Positions 17,606 through 27,534 of a DNA stretch of 64,000 bases are shown here, one piece after another. The position numbers were made by a program, and so were the translations under genes. The first letter of the stretch is position 1. Each line of letters opens with the position of its first letter. The DNA is from an uncultured Gammaproteobacteria bacterium (GTDB lineage: Bacteria > Patescibacteriota > Microgenomatia > UBA12405): positions 43,705 through 107,704 of the forward strand of contig CAZIZX010000003.1 in NCBI GenBank assembly GCA_964544275.1, given 5' to 3'. The notes under the pieces are model-generated. The model was not told the DNA's origin, ran no database searches, and worked only from the letters and a program-made list of their open reading frames with translations.

Positions 17606-19099
17606 TTATTTAACTTGTTTTAAACTATTACCGTCCCATTCAATCACTGGCTCATCGCCATAATTTGCATTTATTTCTACCGAGTGGTTTTGCCAAGTAC
17701 CATATTCGATCGTTTTGTTTTTTGGACCTTCAAAAGGGGCTATCGCAAAATAAACAGTTATTCTATAACTATCAGCTAACACCTCCACCCTTTCGTTATT
17801 TTTTATTACATCTGATGGTCTAAAACCATGCTTAAAACTTTCTCCAGGGCCATAAACTTTTCCCATTGTGTAGATACCACCCACATCTCTATCTTCTGCC
17901 TCGTTAGCCGCTAAATCATCCCAACAAGTTGGGTTATGGCAGACATCCATCATATAAGATTCATTACTGACATTAACTATTTTATAAACCTGAGCAGAAT
18001 TATTGTCAGAGTTGGTTTTTGGAGTTTCTTCTTTGGTTTCTTCTTTGGATACTTCTGTTGGCTTTTCTTCTTCTTTGATTTCTTTTTTGGTTTCTTCTTC
18101 AATTTGTTTCATTATTTCCTCAACCCCTTCTCCACTTTTAACGATATTATTTTCTTTCATCCACTCAGGTACTTCCTCCTCGGTCAATCCAGCCACACTC
18201 GCTTTAGTTTCGCCCTCTTCGTTAATTTTGATGTTTATCCCTAGAATTTTTTTATCTTGAACGGCTGATCTAATTTGATCGGCGGCAAAATAGCCAGCAC
18301 TAACTTTTTCCATCGCTTTTGACACATTTCCTGGTAGATTGGCGATGGTTAGAATACTAGCCGCAGGCTCAGTTACTGCCCTCACCTTATTTACCATTTC
18401 TGAAACTTTATTTTTATCTCCGAGGGCTATTCTGGCTTCATCATCTGTTACCTCCAAAACCAAATCCGCTCCGCCTACTATTGTTGTTGTCGTTGCCAAA
18501 GCTCCAGAAGCTCCTCCCGTCAACACCACTCCTCCCACAAACACCGTTACCTTAGCTCCATTTTTAATTCTCATCGAATTTTGTTCACAAGTTTCAAACA
18601 CATCTCCCTCTTCCCCATAAGCCTCTCGAGTAATTTGATCTTGAGTTTGATTCAAAATCAACTGAGCCATTTTGACATCAACTCCGAGGTGTTTAGCCAG
18701 GGTTCTCACCGTTTTTCCCGCCGGAGCGCTCTCTATTACCTTTTGAATTTCAACCGTAGTATAGGCAGAAACATCTTTTACTAAATTAAATGCTGTTTTT
18801 TCACTCGCCATTTTGTCAGCTTCTTTTTCAAGTTCCGTTACTTTGCCTTCCAGTGCTTTCCATCCATCAATAACAGCGCCCATCTCTATGTTCCACTTAT
18901 CATAGTCTCCATATTCTTTTGCCTTTTCCAATACATTTTCCGTTTGGTATCGCAGCAGGATATATTCTTTTGAAACGGATAAAGTTTTTTCGTAAACTAT
19001 TTGACCTTTACTCGTATTCTTATTCTTTGTTGAAAAGAAAAGCACCAGTCCCAAAACTATAATTCCTATCCCAATTAGAATTGTATTTTTCTTTAACAT
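17606..19099 (-). CDS. membrane-anchored extracytoplasmic protein with low-complexity E/K/T-rich linker
   Basis: N-terminal TM segment, a Gly-rich beta-rich segment, an EETKKEIKEEEKP linker, and a Cys-containing C-terminal domain. Confidence 0.5.
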   Translation of the reverse strand: MLKKNTILIGIGIIVLGLVLFFSTKNKNTSKGQIVYEKTLSVSKEYILLRYQTENVLEKAKEYGDYDKWNIEMGAVIDGWKALEGKVTELEKEADKMASEKTAFNLVKDVSAYTTVEIQKVIESAPAGKTVRTLAKHLGVDVKMAQLILNQTQDQITREAYGEEGDVFETCEQNSMRIKNGAKVTVFVGGVVLTGGASGALATTTTIVGGADLVLEVTDDEARIALGDKNKVSEMVNKVRAVTEPAASILTIANLPGNVSKAMEKVSAGYFAADQIRSAVQDKKILGINIKINEEGETKASVAGLTEEEVPEWMKENNIVKSGEGVEEIMKQIEEETKKEIKEEEKPTEVSKEETKEETPKTNSDNNSAQVYKIVNVSNESYMMDVCHNPTCWDDLAANEAEDRDVGGIYTMGKVYGPGESFKHGFRPSDVIKNNERVEVLADSYRITVYFAIAPFEGPKNKTIEYGTWQNHSVEINANYGDEPVIEWDGNSLKQVK

Positions 19100-19207
19100 G
19101 TCTAATTATATCAATTCTATTGACTTTAACTCTTATTTATTCCCGTTTTATCCTTTTAATTTCCGTAAAATGCTATCATTAATATACTTATTGATTAACT
19201 TTTTATC

Positions 19208-19888
19208 ATGAAAAAATATTTAATCTTGTCTTTCCTATTTCTATTAGCTATTACTCCAGTTTTAGCTAAGAGTACAACTGAAACCGGAGGACAACAATCA
19301 AATACCACTAGTGGTAGCGAAAACACAGTAACTGCATCTCCCACCAGAAAACCAGTTATTTCACCTACTGGCAATCAGGTTAAAAATGAAAATGTGGTTC
19401 AAACTCAAAATCAAGGAGAGGACTCACAATTGAGTGTTAAAACTCAAGAAGCTGAACAATTAAATCAAGCTGTTGACGATAGTTTAACCAAGGTTTCTGA
19501 TCAAGTTTTGGAATTAATTGACAGTGTCGGTGCCAAGGGTGGTATCGGTCAACAGGTTAAAGTAATTGCCCAAGATCAAACCAAGCTTCAACAAGAAATT
19601 AAATCAGATGTTACCCAATTAAATTCCCGTGGGACAATGGCTAAATTTTTTATCGGTTCTGATAAAAAATTAATCAAGTCCATGGAACAAAAAATGGAAC
19701 AAAACCGTTTGATGATCCAACAACTTGAAGAACTTAAGATTCAGACACAAAACCAAGGTGACCTTGAACAATTACAATTAACCATTGATTTGATGACTTA
19801 TCAAAACACTTCTTTACAAAGCAAGGTTGAAAAAGAAAGTAAATCAAATGGTATGTTTGGCTGGTTGGTTAATTTGTTTAATAAATAA
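19208..19888 (+). CDS. secreted Q-rich coiled-coil protein
   Basis: Signal-peptide-like N-terminus MKKYLILSFLFLLAITPVLA, then Q/N-rich heptad-like sequence. Confidence 0.5.
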   Translation: MKKYLILSFLFLLAITPVLAKSTTETGGQQSNTTSGSENTVTASPTRKPVISPTGNQVKNENVVQTQNQGEDSQLSVKTQEAEQLNQAVDDSLTKVSDQVLELIDSVGAKGGIGQQVKVIAQDQTKLQQEIKSDVTQLNSRGTMAKFFIGSDKKLIKSMEQKMEQNRLMIQQLEELKIQTQNQGDLEQLQLTIDLMTYQNTSLQSKVEKESKSNGMFGWLVNLFNK

Positions 19889-19893
19889 CTATT

Positions 19894-20490
19894 ATGATGA
19901 AATTGAAAAATAGAAAAAATAACAAATTAATTTATTTATCATTAGTTTTGATAGTGTTGGCCATATTATTGATTACTATAAAACCAATTAATAATAGACA
20001 AACCTCAAATCAAAACCAAAATACTGTCAATCGTCAAAATTGTCTGGCTGATGATTGTTTATTGGTCGATAATTTTGATTATCCAGCTGGTGAATTATCC
20101 CAATCTGTCAAAGATGCTTTAGACGAAGCAATTAACGATGAATATAAAGCTTTGGCCATCTACGAAGCGGTTATTTCTAAACTTGGTAGTGTTAGACCAT
20201 TTTCCATGATCAAAGGAGCCGAAGAACAACACATTGCTTCTTTAAAAGCTGTTTATGATAAGTATGGAATAATTCCTCCAGCCAATACCTTGTCTGGAAC
20301 ATTAACTGCTCCCGAAACCCTTAAAGAAGCTTGTCAAATTGGAGTTGAGGCGGAAATTGCCAATGCCGCCCTCTATCGTGAAGAGCTTATCCCAGCCGTC
20401 AAAGATTATGAGGACATTACCAATGTCTTTACCAATCTAATGAATGCTTCACAGGAAAAACACCTAAGCTCCTTTGAGAGGTGTAATTAA
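19894..20490 (+). CDS. membrane-anchored DUF2202/ferritin-like protein
   Basis: TM anchor, then DEYKALAIYEAVISKLG...EEQHIASLKAVYDKYG, resembling the rubrerythrin-like DUF2202. Confidence 0.5.
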   Translation: MMKLKNRKNNKLIYLSLVLIVLAILLITIKPINNRQTSNQNQNTVNRQNCLADDCLLVDNFDYPAGELSQSVKDALDEAINDEYKALAIYEAVISKLGSVRPFSMIKGAEEQHIASLKAVYDKYGIIPPANTLSGTLTAPETLKEACQIGVEAEIANAALYREELIPAVKDYEDITNVFTNLMNASQEKHLSSFERCN

Positions 20491-20894
20491 ATAGACTGTT
20501 TTTTTTGGTGGGCTTTCATTAGACAGACCCCACTAATTATTTGCAAGCCACTTTCTTGGGCTAATTTTTCAGCCTTTAAGTTTTGAGTTCCATCTTGAAA
20601 CCAAATCACTGGATTTTGATTAGATTTAACTATTTCTTCAACAATCGGTAGGACTTGGTCTGATTTACGAAAAATATCAACAATGTCAATCTTAATATTT
20701 GAAGGAATATCACTAAAATTTTGATAGGAATTAAGACCAAAAACAGAGTCGATGGTTGGGTTTACAGGAATAACAGTGAAGCCTTGAGAAATGAGGTATT
20801 TGGCTACCTGAAAACTAGGACGATCAGGTTTATCAGAAAGTCCGATAATAGCGATGGTTTTTGACTTTTTTAAGATTTTTTCAAGAGAAATCAC
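20487..20894 (-). CDS. CoA-binding domain protein (YccU/YneT family)
   Basis: KTIAIIGLSDKPDRPSFQVAKYL...GFTVIPVNP is the typical CoA-binding Rossmann-like motif. Confidence 0.7.
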   Translation of the reverse strand: MISLEKILKKSKTIAIIGLSDKPDRPSFQVAKYLISQGFTVIPVNPTIDSVFGLNSYQNFSDIPSNIKIDIVDIFRKSDQVLPIVEEIVKSNQNPVIWFQDGTQNLKAEKLAQESGLQIISGVCLMKAHQKKQSI

Positions 20895-21028
20895 GATAAT
20901 TCATTATATATCATAATCCACTATTACAGGCATATTTTAAGCATAATACCGAAACTCAAAAAAATATAAGGGAAGATTAGGGATTCCTAGCTATACCATT
21001 AAAATTACATGGAAAGATAGGTTAAAAG

Positions 21029-21110
21029 CGGAGAGAGAGGGAGTCGAACCCCCAAGCCCTTGCGGGCGGCGACTTTCGAGGTCGCTGCCTTACCATTCGG
21101 CGCATCTCTC
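21029..21110 (-). tRNA. tRNA-Ser (anticodon CGA), long variable arm
   Basis: Reverse complement folds as GGAGAGA/TCTCTCC acceptor, anticodon loop CUCGAAA, long variable arm, and GGTTCGACTCC T-arm. Confidence 0.8.
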
Positions 21111-21113
21111 CAG

Positions 21114-21190
21114 TTGGTACGCTCGAGAGGGGTCGAACCTCCAACCGCTGGTTCCGCAAACCAGTGCTCTATCCAATTGAGCTACGAGCG
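21114..21190 (-). tRNA. tRNA-Arg (anticodon GCG), CCA encoded
   Basis: Reverse complement reads GCGCTCG TA GCTC AATTGGATA GAGC A CTGGT TTGCGGA ACCAG CGGTT GGAGG TTCGACC CCTCT CGAGCGT A CCA. Positions 34-36 are GCG. Confidence 0.75.
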
Positions 21191-21220
21191 CATTAACAGT
21201 GAATTATACCCTAAACTAGC

Positions 21221-21778
21221 TTAATTTTCTCTGTTTTCCAAAGGAAGTCTTTCAATAAACCACTTACTGGCCTTATCCACAAAATTGGGTGAATTTTCTA
21301 CTAGTGGAATTTTCTTAATTATAATCTCTTTTAGTTTCTCTTTGTCTTTTTCTTCTACTACCAAAGACACCTGTGGCGGAAACCTTAAATTAGTTTCAAG
21401 CAGCATTGTCTCAGTTCCCAAACTTTTCTTAAACCAAAACCTTACCAACTGTTCCCACGGATACATTAATTCACCAAAATATATTCCTCTGTTGGTAATT
21501 TTATTTTTGATTTTTTCCGGAGGCACCGTCGACAAGACATAATACAAAAACAATACCGACCCCAACGCCATAATCAAGAAAAACTCCTTCAACAAAAAAA
21601 ATATCACCGACACTATAACCAAAATTGCCACTGAAGTAATCCAAAAATCCTTGTCTCTGACTTTATACACTCTTTCATGGGCTTCCCACTCATACAAAAC
21701 CACTTCTTCATTCAAATCCTTAAAGGACGCATCAACCGCATCAAGATCTTTTTCTACTTTATTTGCCATTAATAACAC
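21221..21778 (-). CDS. small membrane protein (two TM helices) of unknown function
   Basis: Intact 185-aa ORF between tRNA genes, with central hydrophobic helices. Confidence 0.5.
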   Translation of the reverse strand: MLLMANKVEKDLDAVDASFKDLNEEVVLYEWEAHERVYKVRDKDFWITSVAILVIVSVIFFLLKEFFLIMALGSVLFLYYVLSTVPPEKIKNKITNRGIYFGELMYPWEQLVRFWFKKSLGTETMLLETNLRFPPQVSLVVEEKDKEKLKEIIIKKIPLVENSPNFVDKASKWFIERLPLENREN

Positions 21779-21825
21779 TATAAATCATTTTGCCTGAATT
21801 TGGTATACTTAAACGCATCTTGAAA

Positions 21826-21911
21826 GGAAGGTTGCGGCGAATGGTAAGCCACAGGTTTGCTAAACCTGCGTCCGAAAGGGCATGTGGGTTCGACTCCCAC
21901 ACCTTCCGCCA
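21826..21911 (+). tRNA. tRNA-Ser (anticodon GCT), long variable arm, CCA encoded
   Basis: GGAAGGT acceptor, anticodon loop TTGCTAA, long variable arm, GGGTTCGACTCCC T-arm, and 3' ACCTTCC-G-CCA. The track ORF 21790-22047 is spurious. Confidence 0.8.
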
Positions 21912-22032
21912 AAGGGTCAAAGTTCTATGCGACCCTGTTGGTAGTCAAGTTTTGCCCCAACTTGTTGACGTATATTCTTCAAATTCAACATTTTTCGATT
22001 TAATGGCCTGTAATAGGGTAAATCGTGTAAAC

Positions 22033-22863
22033 CTAATTTTTAGGTAAATGAGTTCTCCATCCCCACTCTCCATTCACATTTTTAGCGATAACCATGTCAT
22101 TAATCAAATTGGACAATAAAGTAATTATGAATAACTGTACGAATTCGGAAATATATTTCAATACTTCGTCCATATATTCATGCACATAAGCTGTCTCATT
22201 TTCACTTACTAAAATAATCGGTGGGTACACCTCTTTTTTGCTTACTGAATACCTAAACCCTTGAACATTTTTCAATTTCCCATAGTGAACAGTACTGTCT
22301 CTATGGGCGACGATTTTAGTGATTGCCTCCGCATTATCTTTAATTAAATTTGATATCGCTTCGGCGTGTGGCTTAATATCATTGTTTAAGTTTCTCGAAA
22401 GCACATCTACAATTTTCATGCCACTAATGTCGTTTTTTCTTTCCCATGTATGAAATTCTTGACCGTATATTGGCTTTAAACTTTGAGCTAACAAATCAAG
22501 AGATGTCTTAATTTGACCAAAGAATGCCTCGATTAAAATAAAAGCATCCACCTTATTGAAAAGCATGTCTATACGAGTATCTTGGATAGTAGAGTCTTTT
22601 TTAACATCTTCGATCAAAATGTCTTTAACTTTATGATAATTTCTCCTTAATGCATTGGCTTTTACAAGTGCATTAACTGAAAGCATTACTTTTTTAAGAA
22701 AAAGCTCATCGGTCTTGTCAATCTTTAGCTGGTTGTGACCCCAAAACTTTACCACTTCAAGTATGTTGGTGTTTTGAACTATGAGCAAAATTTCTTCCAG
22801 TAAAATTTTATCGATATCATCAACTATCTCAATCTCCTGGGTTAAAGTCAGTTGGTCTTCCAT
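22033..22863 (-). CDS. Abi-like protein with candidate HEPN Rx4H motif
   Basis: C-terminal AHRDSTVHYGKL fits the Rx4-6H motif. Its start is 25 nt downstream of serine recombinase copy 2 on the same strand. The assignment is tentative. Confidence 0.35.
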   Translation of the reverse strand: MEDQLTLTQEIEIVDDIDKILLEEILLIVQNTNILEVVKFWGHNQLKIDKTDELFLKKVMLSVNALVKANALRRNYHKVKDILIEDVKKDSTIQDTRIDMLFNKVDAFILIEAFFGQIKTSLDLLAQSLKPIYGQEFHTWERKNDISGMKIVDVLSRNLNNDIKPHAEAISNLIKDNAEAITKIVAHRDSTVHYGKLKNVQGFRYSVSKKEVYPPIILVSENETAYVHEYMDEVLKYISEFVQLFIITLLSNLINDMVIAKNVNGEWGWRTHLPKN

Positions 22864-22888
22864 AACTGAAGTATACCCCGCACTTGGT

Positions 22889-24217
22889 TTAATTGATTTT
22901 TATGGTGATCTGTTTGTTATGAAGTATGAACTTTGTCTTAATTGCTGACAATATTTGAATCCTATCTTCTGCCGATCCGGCTTTTAGGACATGGAGTAAG
23001 TATTCCTTTGCAGTGTCACGGTCTAGAGGTACTTTTTGCGGGTAATCAAATTGGTTTAGATTTCCGGCAAGGAATTCTTGGTGTAACACCTCACCTCTCA
23101 GCGAGTGGAATCTCTCTATTTCTTCTTTTAGTTGTTCGGTTAGTAATTTCTCATCCAATTTTATTTCATCAATATGGGCTATTAGTTGTTGGATTAAATC
23201 CTCCTCGCTGATGTAGGGTTCGTCGCAGTCATAATCCACATGTCTACCACAATGGTAGTAAACGTATTTTTTGAATCTTCCATATTTATACCTTTTGTAC
23301 TTTTCCTCCGCTGTTATCCACTCCCCACAACTACCGCACTTACATAATCCCCGGAACGGGAATAGTTTTTTATGCCATTCTTTTTCCGGGACATACAATT
23401 GCTTTTGTACCTTGTCATAAAGTTCTTTTGTTATTAATGGCTCATGATTACCTTTGTAGGTTACCCCTCCGAATTCAAACTCTCCGTAGTAATAAGTATT
23501 CTTTAATGTTGCGTAGACTTTACTCAATGCCAGAGGCTTTCCGCTTCGAGTAGTGAATCCGATTTTGTCCAGCCACATTTTTATGACTCTACCACTTTGG
23601 CCTTTTTCTCCAACCCGGTGAAACATCTGTTTTATTGTTGGTGCCCGATCTTTATCAACTTCGACATAGCTTATTCGGTTGTAACTCATGACATTGAGAT
23701 ACCCCAGTGGAGCAATGTTTGGTCTCCATCCAGCCTCACATTTGGCTTTCATTCCCCGTTTTACATTTATTCCCCGATTATCATTTTCAAGTTTTGCCTG
23801 AGAGCAGAGGATCATCAGCAGGAATTTTTCATTGGGGTTATTTGAGAATGATTGAGAAAATGTCCGGATAGTTTGCAGCTTTCCCTGATCCATCAAATCA
23901 ACCAGCGTTCCCAAGTCTCCTGCATTTCTGCTTAATCTGTCCGGTGCCCAAGTAAGTATTCCGTCAAATTCTTTCGCTCTGATATCGATTAGTAGTTGAT
24001 TAAAGACGGGTCTGAGCCTCGATGATTTAGCCGAGTGACTTTCTTGCCTGATTTCTTTAATAAATAGTTTTTCCCTTTCGGCCAGTGTTTTCATCTCGTT
24101 GATTTGAGACTCAATCGACATGGCTTGGCGTTCGTCTGATTCCGATGATTTTCGGGCATATAGGCAGTACCTTATTTGTTTTATTTCCTCTATCTTTCCA
24201 TCTTCTTTTCTCTTCAT
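22889..24217 (-). CDS. large serine recombinase (copy 2; about 80% identical to 13550-14875)
   Basis: YARKSSESDERQAMSIESQ catalytic motif and a zinc-ribbon region. Collinear with copy 1. Confidence 0.85.
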   Translation of the reverse strand: MKRKEDGKIEEIKQIRYCLYARKSSESDERQAMSIESQINEMKTLAEREKLFIKEIRQESHSAKSSRLRPVFNQLLIDIRAKEFDGILTWAPDRLSRNAGDLGTLVDLMDQGKLQTIRTFSQSFSNNPNEKFLLMILCSQAKLENDNRGINVKRGMKAKCEAGWRPNIAPLGYLNVMSYNRISYVEVDKDRAPTIKQMFHRVGEKGQSGRVIKMWLDKIGFTTRSGKPLALSKVYATLKNTYYYGEFEFGGVTYKGNHEPLITKELYDKVQKQLYVPEKEWHKKLFPFRGLCKCGSCGEWITAEEKYKRYKYGRFKKYVYYHCGRHVDYDCDEPYISEEDLIQQLIAHIDEIKLDEKLLTEQLKEEIERFHSLRGEVLHQEFLAGNLNQFDYPQKVPLDRDTAKEYLLHVLKAGSAEDRIQILSAIKTKFILHNKQITIKIN

Positions 24218-24261
24218 AACACAACTGTACCGCAGGGTTTAAGGAAGTCTAGGAGATGTAA

Positions 24262-25821
24262 TCAGCCCCAAATTCTTCGCCAGTTACCGCTAGGATTGAG
24301 ATTATCAAAAATACTTCTGTCATCAGCATCAGCCCAGTCCTCACCTCTATTGCCACAGTATGCCCTGATATTTGCTTTAATTACTACCGGGCCCTGATTG
24401 AATAGGTGAGTATTGTTTGTCCCAAATACTTCGTTAACCATCATAGTAAATGCATCAACTAGATCGTCGTATCTTTCAACTCCAAAATTGACCAATTGGT
24501 TTACCAGCTCGGCCGATCCATATCGGGGGAAAAATATACTCCCATTTTTGACATAACTACTGGAAATATTAAGTCTGGCTCTTTTATCGCCTCCATGTGG
24601 ATTGATTCCTACAGCCGGGTATCCTTCCTTTTGCAATGCCTGAATCAAGGCTTCCTGATAACCAACTTGTTCAACTAAAATCGTAGTCCTATATTTTGGG
24701 TTAACCGTATTTGACAAATTTTCAACTAAATCCTTGGTGGTTGGAAAATCGGCCTGCAGGTTATAAATATCCGTAATGTAAAGGTAATGGAAATTGGCTG
24801 ATTTATAGATTACTCCTACTAAAATGGCCGTTTTATCAGCGGTGTGCTTTTGAGAGATTGCCGGATCAAGTGAAATTATAAAACCAACACAATTGGCGGC
24901 AATATGGCTCGGTAAGGCATCGTAATACCTTATCCATTCGCTTTTAATAATCCTGTCCTCAGGTGGCAGAATTTGTAGTAGATACTCCCGATACCAAGCA
25001 ATATCATTTCCAATCTTTCTTCTTTCCTGACTGATTTCCTTTTGGGTTAGGTATTTACCAGGCCAAGCAATTTTATTATCCAATGACACTAACGGGTACT
25101 CAAAAAACTTGCCATCTAATGTATTGTTGATGATTCCATTTTTGATTTTCATCATCAAAGAGTCCTCATGAAGTAAATTACCGATCACGATTAATTTTGT
25201 CTCTCTATCGCCCAACGGCATAACATCTCCGGTGAACCAGTCGAAGTTTTGATTTCTTATTTCTTTGTTTTTAACCGAAGCTAAATCTTCCAAATCATCA
25301 CCGATAATTAAATCAGGTCTAGTAGCTAGGTGACGGATACCCCGAATACTTTCCCCGGTTGAATAAACACTTATCCTTATACCTGACTTTCCTAAAACAA
25401 TTGTGCTTGAATTCCATTCGCTGTTAGTCGGATCGGTACTTAAATGACCAAAATCTTTGATAAATAATTGGTTTGTCTCCAACTCCCGTCGGATATTTGA
25501 TAGGATTAGCCTTGCCTGTGACTGGGTTTGGCTAATGATAATAATAAAATTCTTTTTATGTTTGCCAATAATTGACCATAAGGGCAGGGCAAGGGTGGCT
25601 AGGGTTGATTTAGCTGATCCCCGGAAGGCAACGATAAAAGCGTTTTTAAGTGTTTGATCTTCGGCAATGCTAATAATTTCCTTTTGGAAGTCAGCCGTCT
25701 TAAATTTTACATAATCATATAGATAAATATGGAAAAACCAATAAAAACTATTTATCGCCAACTCTTTTCTCAGTTTTTGGTTTTTTATTATCTGTCCGAT
25801 GTCCATTTCTTGATTGATCAT
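24262..25821 (-). CDS. phage terminase large subunit (copy 2)
   Basis: FRGSAKST Walker A. About 80% identity to 10517-12079 along the full length. Confidence 0.8.
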   Translation of the reverse strand: MINQEMDIGQIIKNQKLRKELAINSFYWFFHIYLYDYVKFKTADFQKEIISIAEDQTLKNAFIVAFRGSAKSTLATLALPLWSIIGKHKKNFIIIISQTQSQARLILSNIRRELETNQLFIKDFGHLSTDPTNSEWNSSTIVLGKSGIRISVYSTGESIRGIRHLATRPDLIIGDDLEDLASVKNKEIRNQNFDWFTGDVMPLGDRETKLIVIGNLLHEDSLMMKIKNGIINNTLDGKFFEYPLVSLDNKIAWPGKYLTQKEISQERRKIGNDIAWYREYLLQILPPEDRIIKSEWIRYYDALPSHIAANCVGFIISLDPAISQKHTADKTAILVGVIYKSANFHYLYITDIYNLQADFPTTKDLVENLSNTVNPKYRTTILVEQVGYQEALIQALQKEGYPAVGINPHGGDKRARLNISSSYVKNGSIFFPRYGSAELVNQLVNFGVERYDDLVDAFTMMVNEVFGTNNTHLFNQGPVVIKANIRAYCGNRGEDWADADDRSIFDNLNPSGNWRRIWG

Positions 25822-26203
25822 GTTTTGATGTTAAATTAATAACTCCAGCCATTTGTAAGGCCTTTTTTACCAAACTCTCTTCTTCCGGCGTTAGGTTACT
25901 ATCAATCGGCTTTTGATCGGTACTGACCTGAATCTTGTCGGCATAGTCAGCATGGTGATTTTTGAGCCAAAATATTATGGCGGTTAAATTTTGATCCTTA
26001 ATTGCCGCCAGCAGTTGGCTCTCGGCTAAGTCATTGATTAACAAAACACCATCCCTGATTGCGTCTTCAGTCTGTTTCTTAAAATCTTCATCTTCGCTAC
26101 GCCAGCGATAGAATGTAGCCCGACTAACTCCGGATTTTTGACAGGCGATTTGAATAATCGGATTTATTTTTAATTGTTCCAATACTTGGGACTTATTTTT
26201 CAT
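25748..26203 (-). CDS. terminase small subunit-like HTH protein (copy 2)
   Basis: IACQKSGVSRATFYRWRSEDEDFK, with ATGA coupling to the upstream MTase stop. Confidence 0.6.
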   Translation of the reverse strand: MKNKSQVLEQLKINPIIQIACQKSGVSRATFYRWRSEDEDFKKQTEDAIRDGVLLINDLAESQLLAAIKDQNLTAIIFWLKNHHADYADKIQVSTDQKPIDSNLTPEEESLVKKALQMAGVINLTSKHDQSRNGHRTDNKKPKTEKRVGDK

Positions 26204-27534
26204 AGTTTTACTCCTTTTTGCCCGGTCAGATTTTCCCAGCGTTTTTTAATGACTTCGGCGTAGACTGGCGATTTTTCCATACCATAGCATCGGCGTTTCA
26301 TTTTGGTTGAGGCAATTAATGTGCTACCACTTCCCGAAAATGGTTCAATAATCAGGTCGCCCCGTCGGGTAAGGACTTTAATATAAGGAATTAAAATTTC
26401 TATTGGCTTGGTACCAAAAATAATTCCTTGCCCGGAGCTTTTTTCATCCGAAGCATTGTATTCAATAAAATCAGTCGGCTGGTACTTCTTACCTTTTTTA
26501 TATCCCTCCCACTGCGGGTCACCTGAGATTGCGTAGAGGGCAGTTTCGTATTCTTCCTGCAAGCCATCCGTTTCCGGTTCCATATTAAATTCAACATTAG
26601 TATTTGGAGATGCCCCTACCATGGCAATGTCGTGTTTGGAGAAGAATTTATGTTTAGCGGAATAGCCTTGATTTCGGTTAGGAAGATGCCAAACGAGCAT
26701 ATTTTTTACCCGCCAGTACTTTTCCATTTCACCCCATATGGTTCTAATATTCTTCCAGTTCTCATAAACGATAATTGAAAAATTTTCCTTTTGAATTTTA
26801 GAGATATTGGCCATCCATAACTCCGTAAAATTGTCGGGCAACACATCCGTCTCCAAATATCGGCGATTCTTTTTAGCGCCAAAACCGACCGTTGGATTCC
26901 CATGCCGTTGCTTGCCATTTAGATAATCCAAAATATAAGGCGGGTCAGTAAAACACATATCCGCTTTCTCGCCACTCATCAGCTTTAATACATCAGCTTC
27001 AATAGTCGAATCACCACACATCAGACGGGAATCACCAAGGGCGTAGACATCACCTTTTTGGAAATTAATTTGGTCAATTTTCAGCTTTTTTAATTCTTTC
27101 TCCAGATCAAAAATTTCAGTATTAGTGTCGTCAACGTCAAAAATATTATCGATTTCTTCACTACCAAAACCAATGTCTTTTAATAGATTTTCATCAAACT
27201 TTGCCAGAAGGCTATAATCAAACTCACCTTGGTTTTTGTTCAACCGTAAGTTTAATTCTTTTTCTCTTTCAACTTCAGGAATGTTTACATATACTACGGG
27301 AATTTCCGCGTATCCTAACTGTTTTGCCACCTCGAGTCGAAAGTGTCCACCTATTACAATGTTGCGCCTATTGTCAGCAGAATTAGCTATAATAGGGTCG
27401 ACAATTCCAAACCTAACTATACTTTCTTTTAGCTGCTCAATCTGCTCTTTGCTCCATTTACGAGGGTTGTAATCTGAGGGAATTAAATCAGTAACTTTGA
27501 CCAGGACCGTTTCTATTTTGGTGGTGTTGACCAT
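26200..27534 (-). CDS. ParB-like nuclease domain fused to DNA methyltransferase (copy 2)
   Basis: Same architecture and motifs (CFTDPPY, EPFSGSGST) as 8804-10138. Confidence 0.8.
   Translation of the reverse strand: MVNTTKIETVLVKVTDLIPSDYNPRKWSKEQIEQLKESIVRFGIVDPIIANSADNRRNIVIGGHFRLEVAKQLGYAEIPVVYVNIPEVEREKELNLRLNKNQGEFDYSLLAKFDENLLKDIGFGSEEIDNIFDVDDTNTEIFDLEKELKKLKIDQINFQKGDVYALGDSRLMCGDSTIEADVLKLMSGEKADMCFTDPPYILDYLNGKQRHGNPTVGFGAKKNRRYLETDVLPDNFTELWMANISKIQKENFSIIVYENWKNIRTIWGEMEKYWRVKNMLVWHLPNRNQGYSAKHKFFSKHDIAMVGASPNTNVEFNMEPETDGLQEEYETALYAISGDPQWEGYKKGKKYQPTDFIEYNASDEKSSGQGIIFGTKPIEILIPYIKVLTRRGDLIIEPFSGSGSTLIASTKMKRRCYGMEKSPVYAEVIKKRWENLTGQKGVKL

Noticed and set aside
21790-22047. 85-aa plus-strand ORF in the track
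   Set aside because: It is fully explained by tRNA-Ser(GCT) at 21826-21911 and its flanks. No coding signal.
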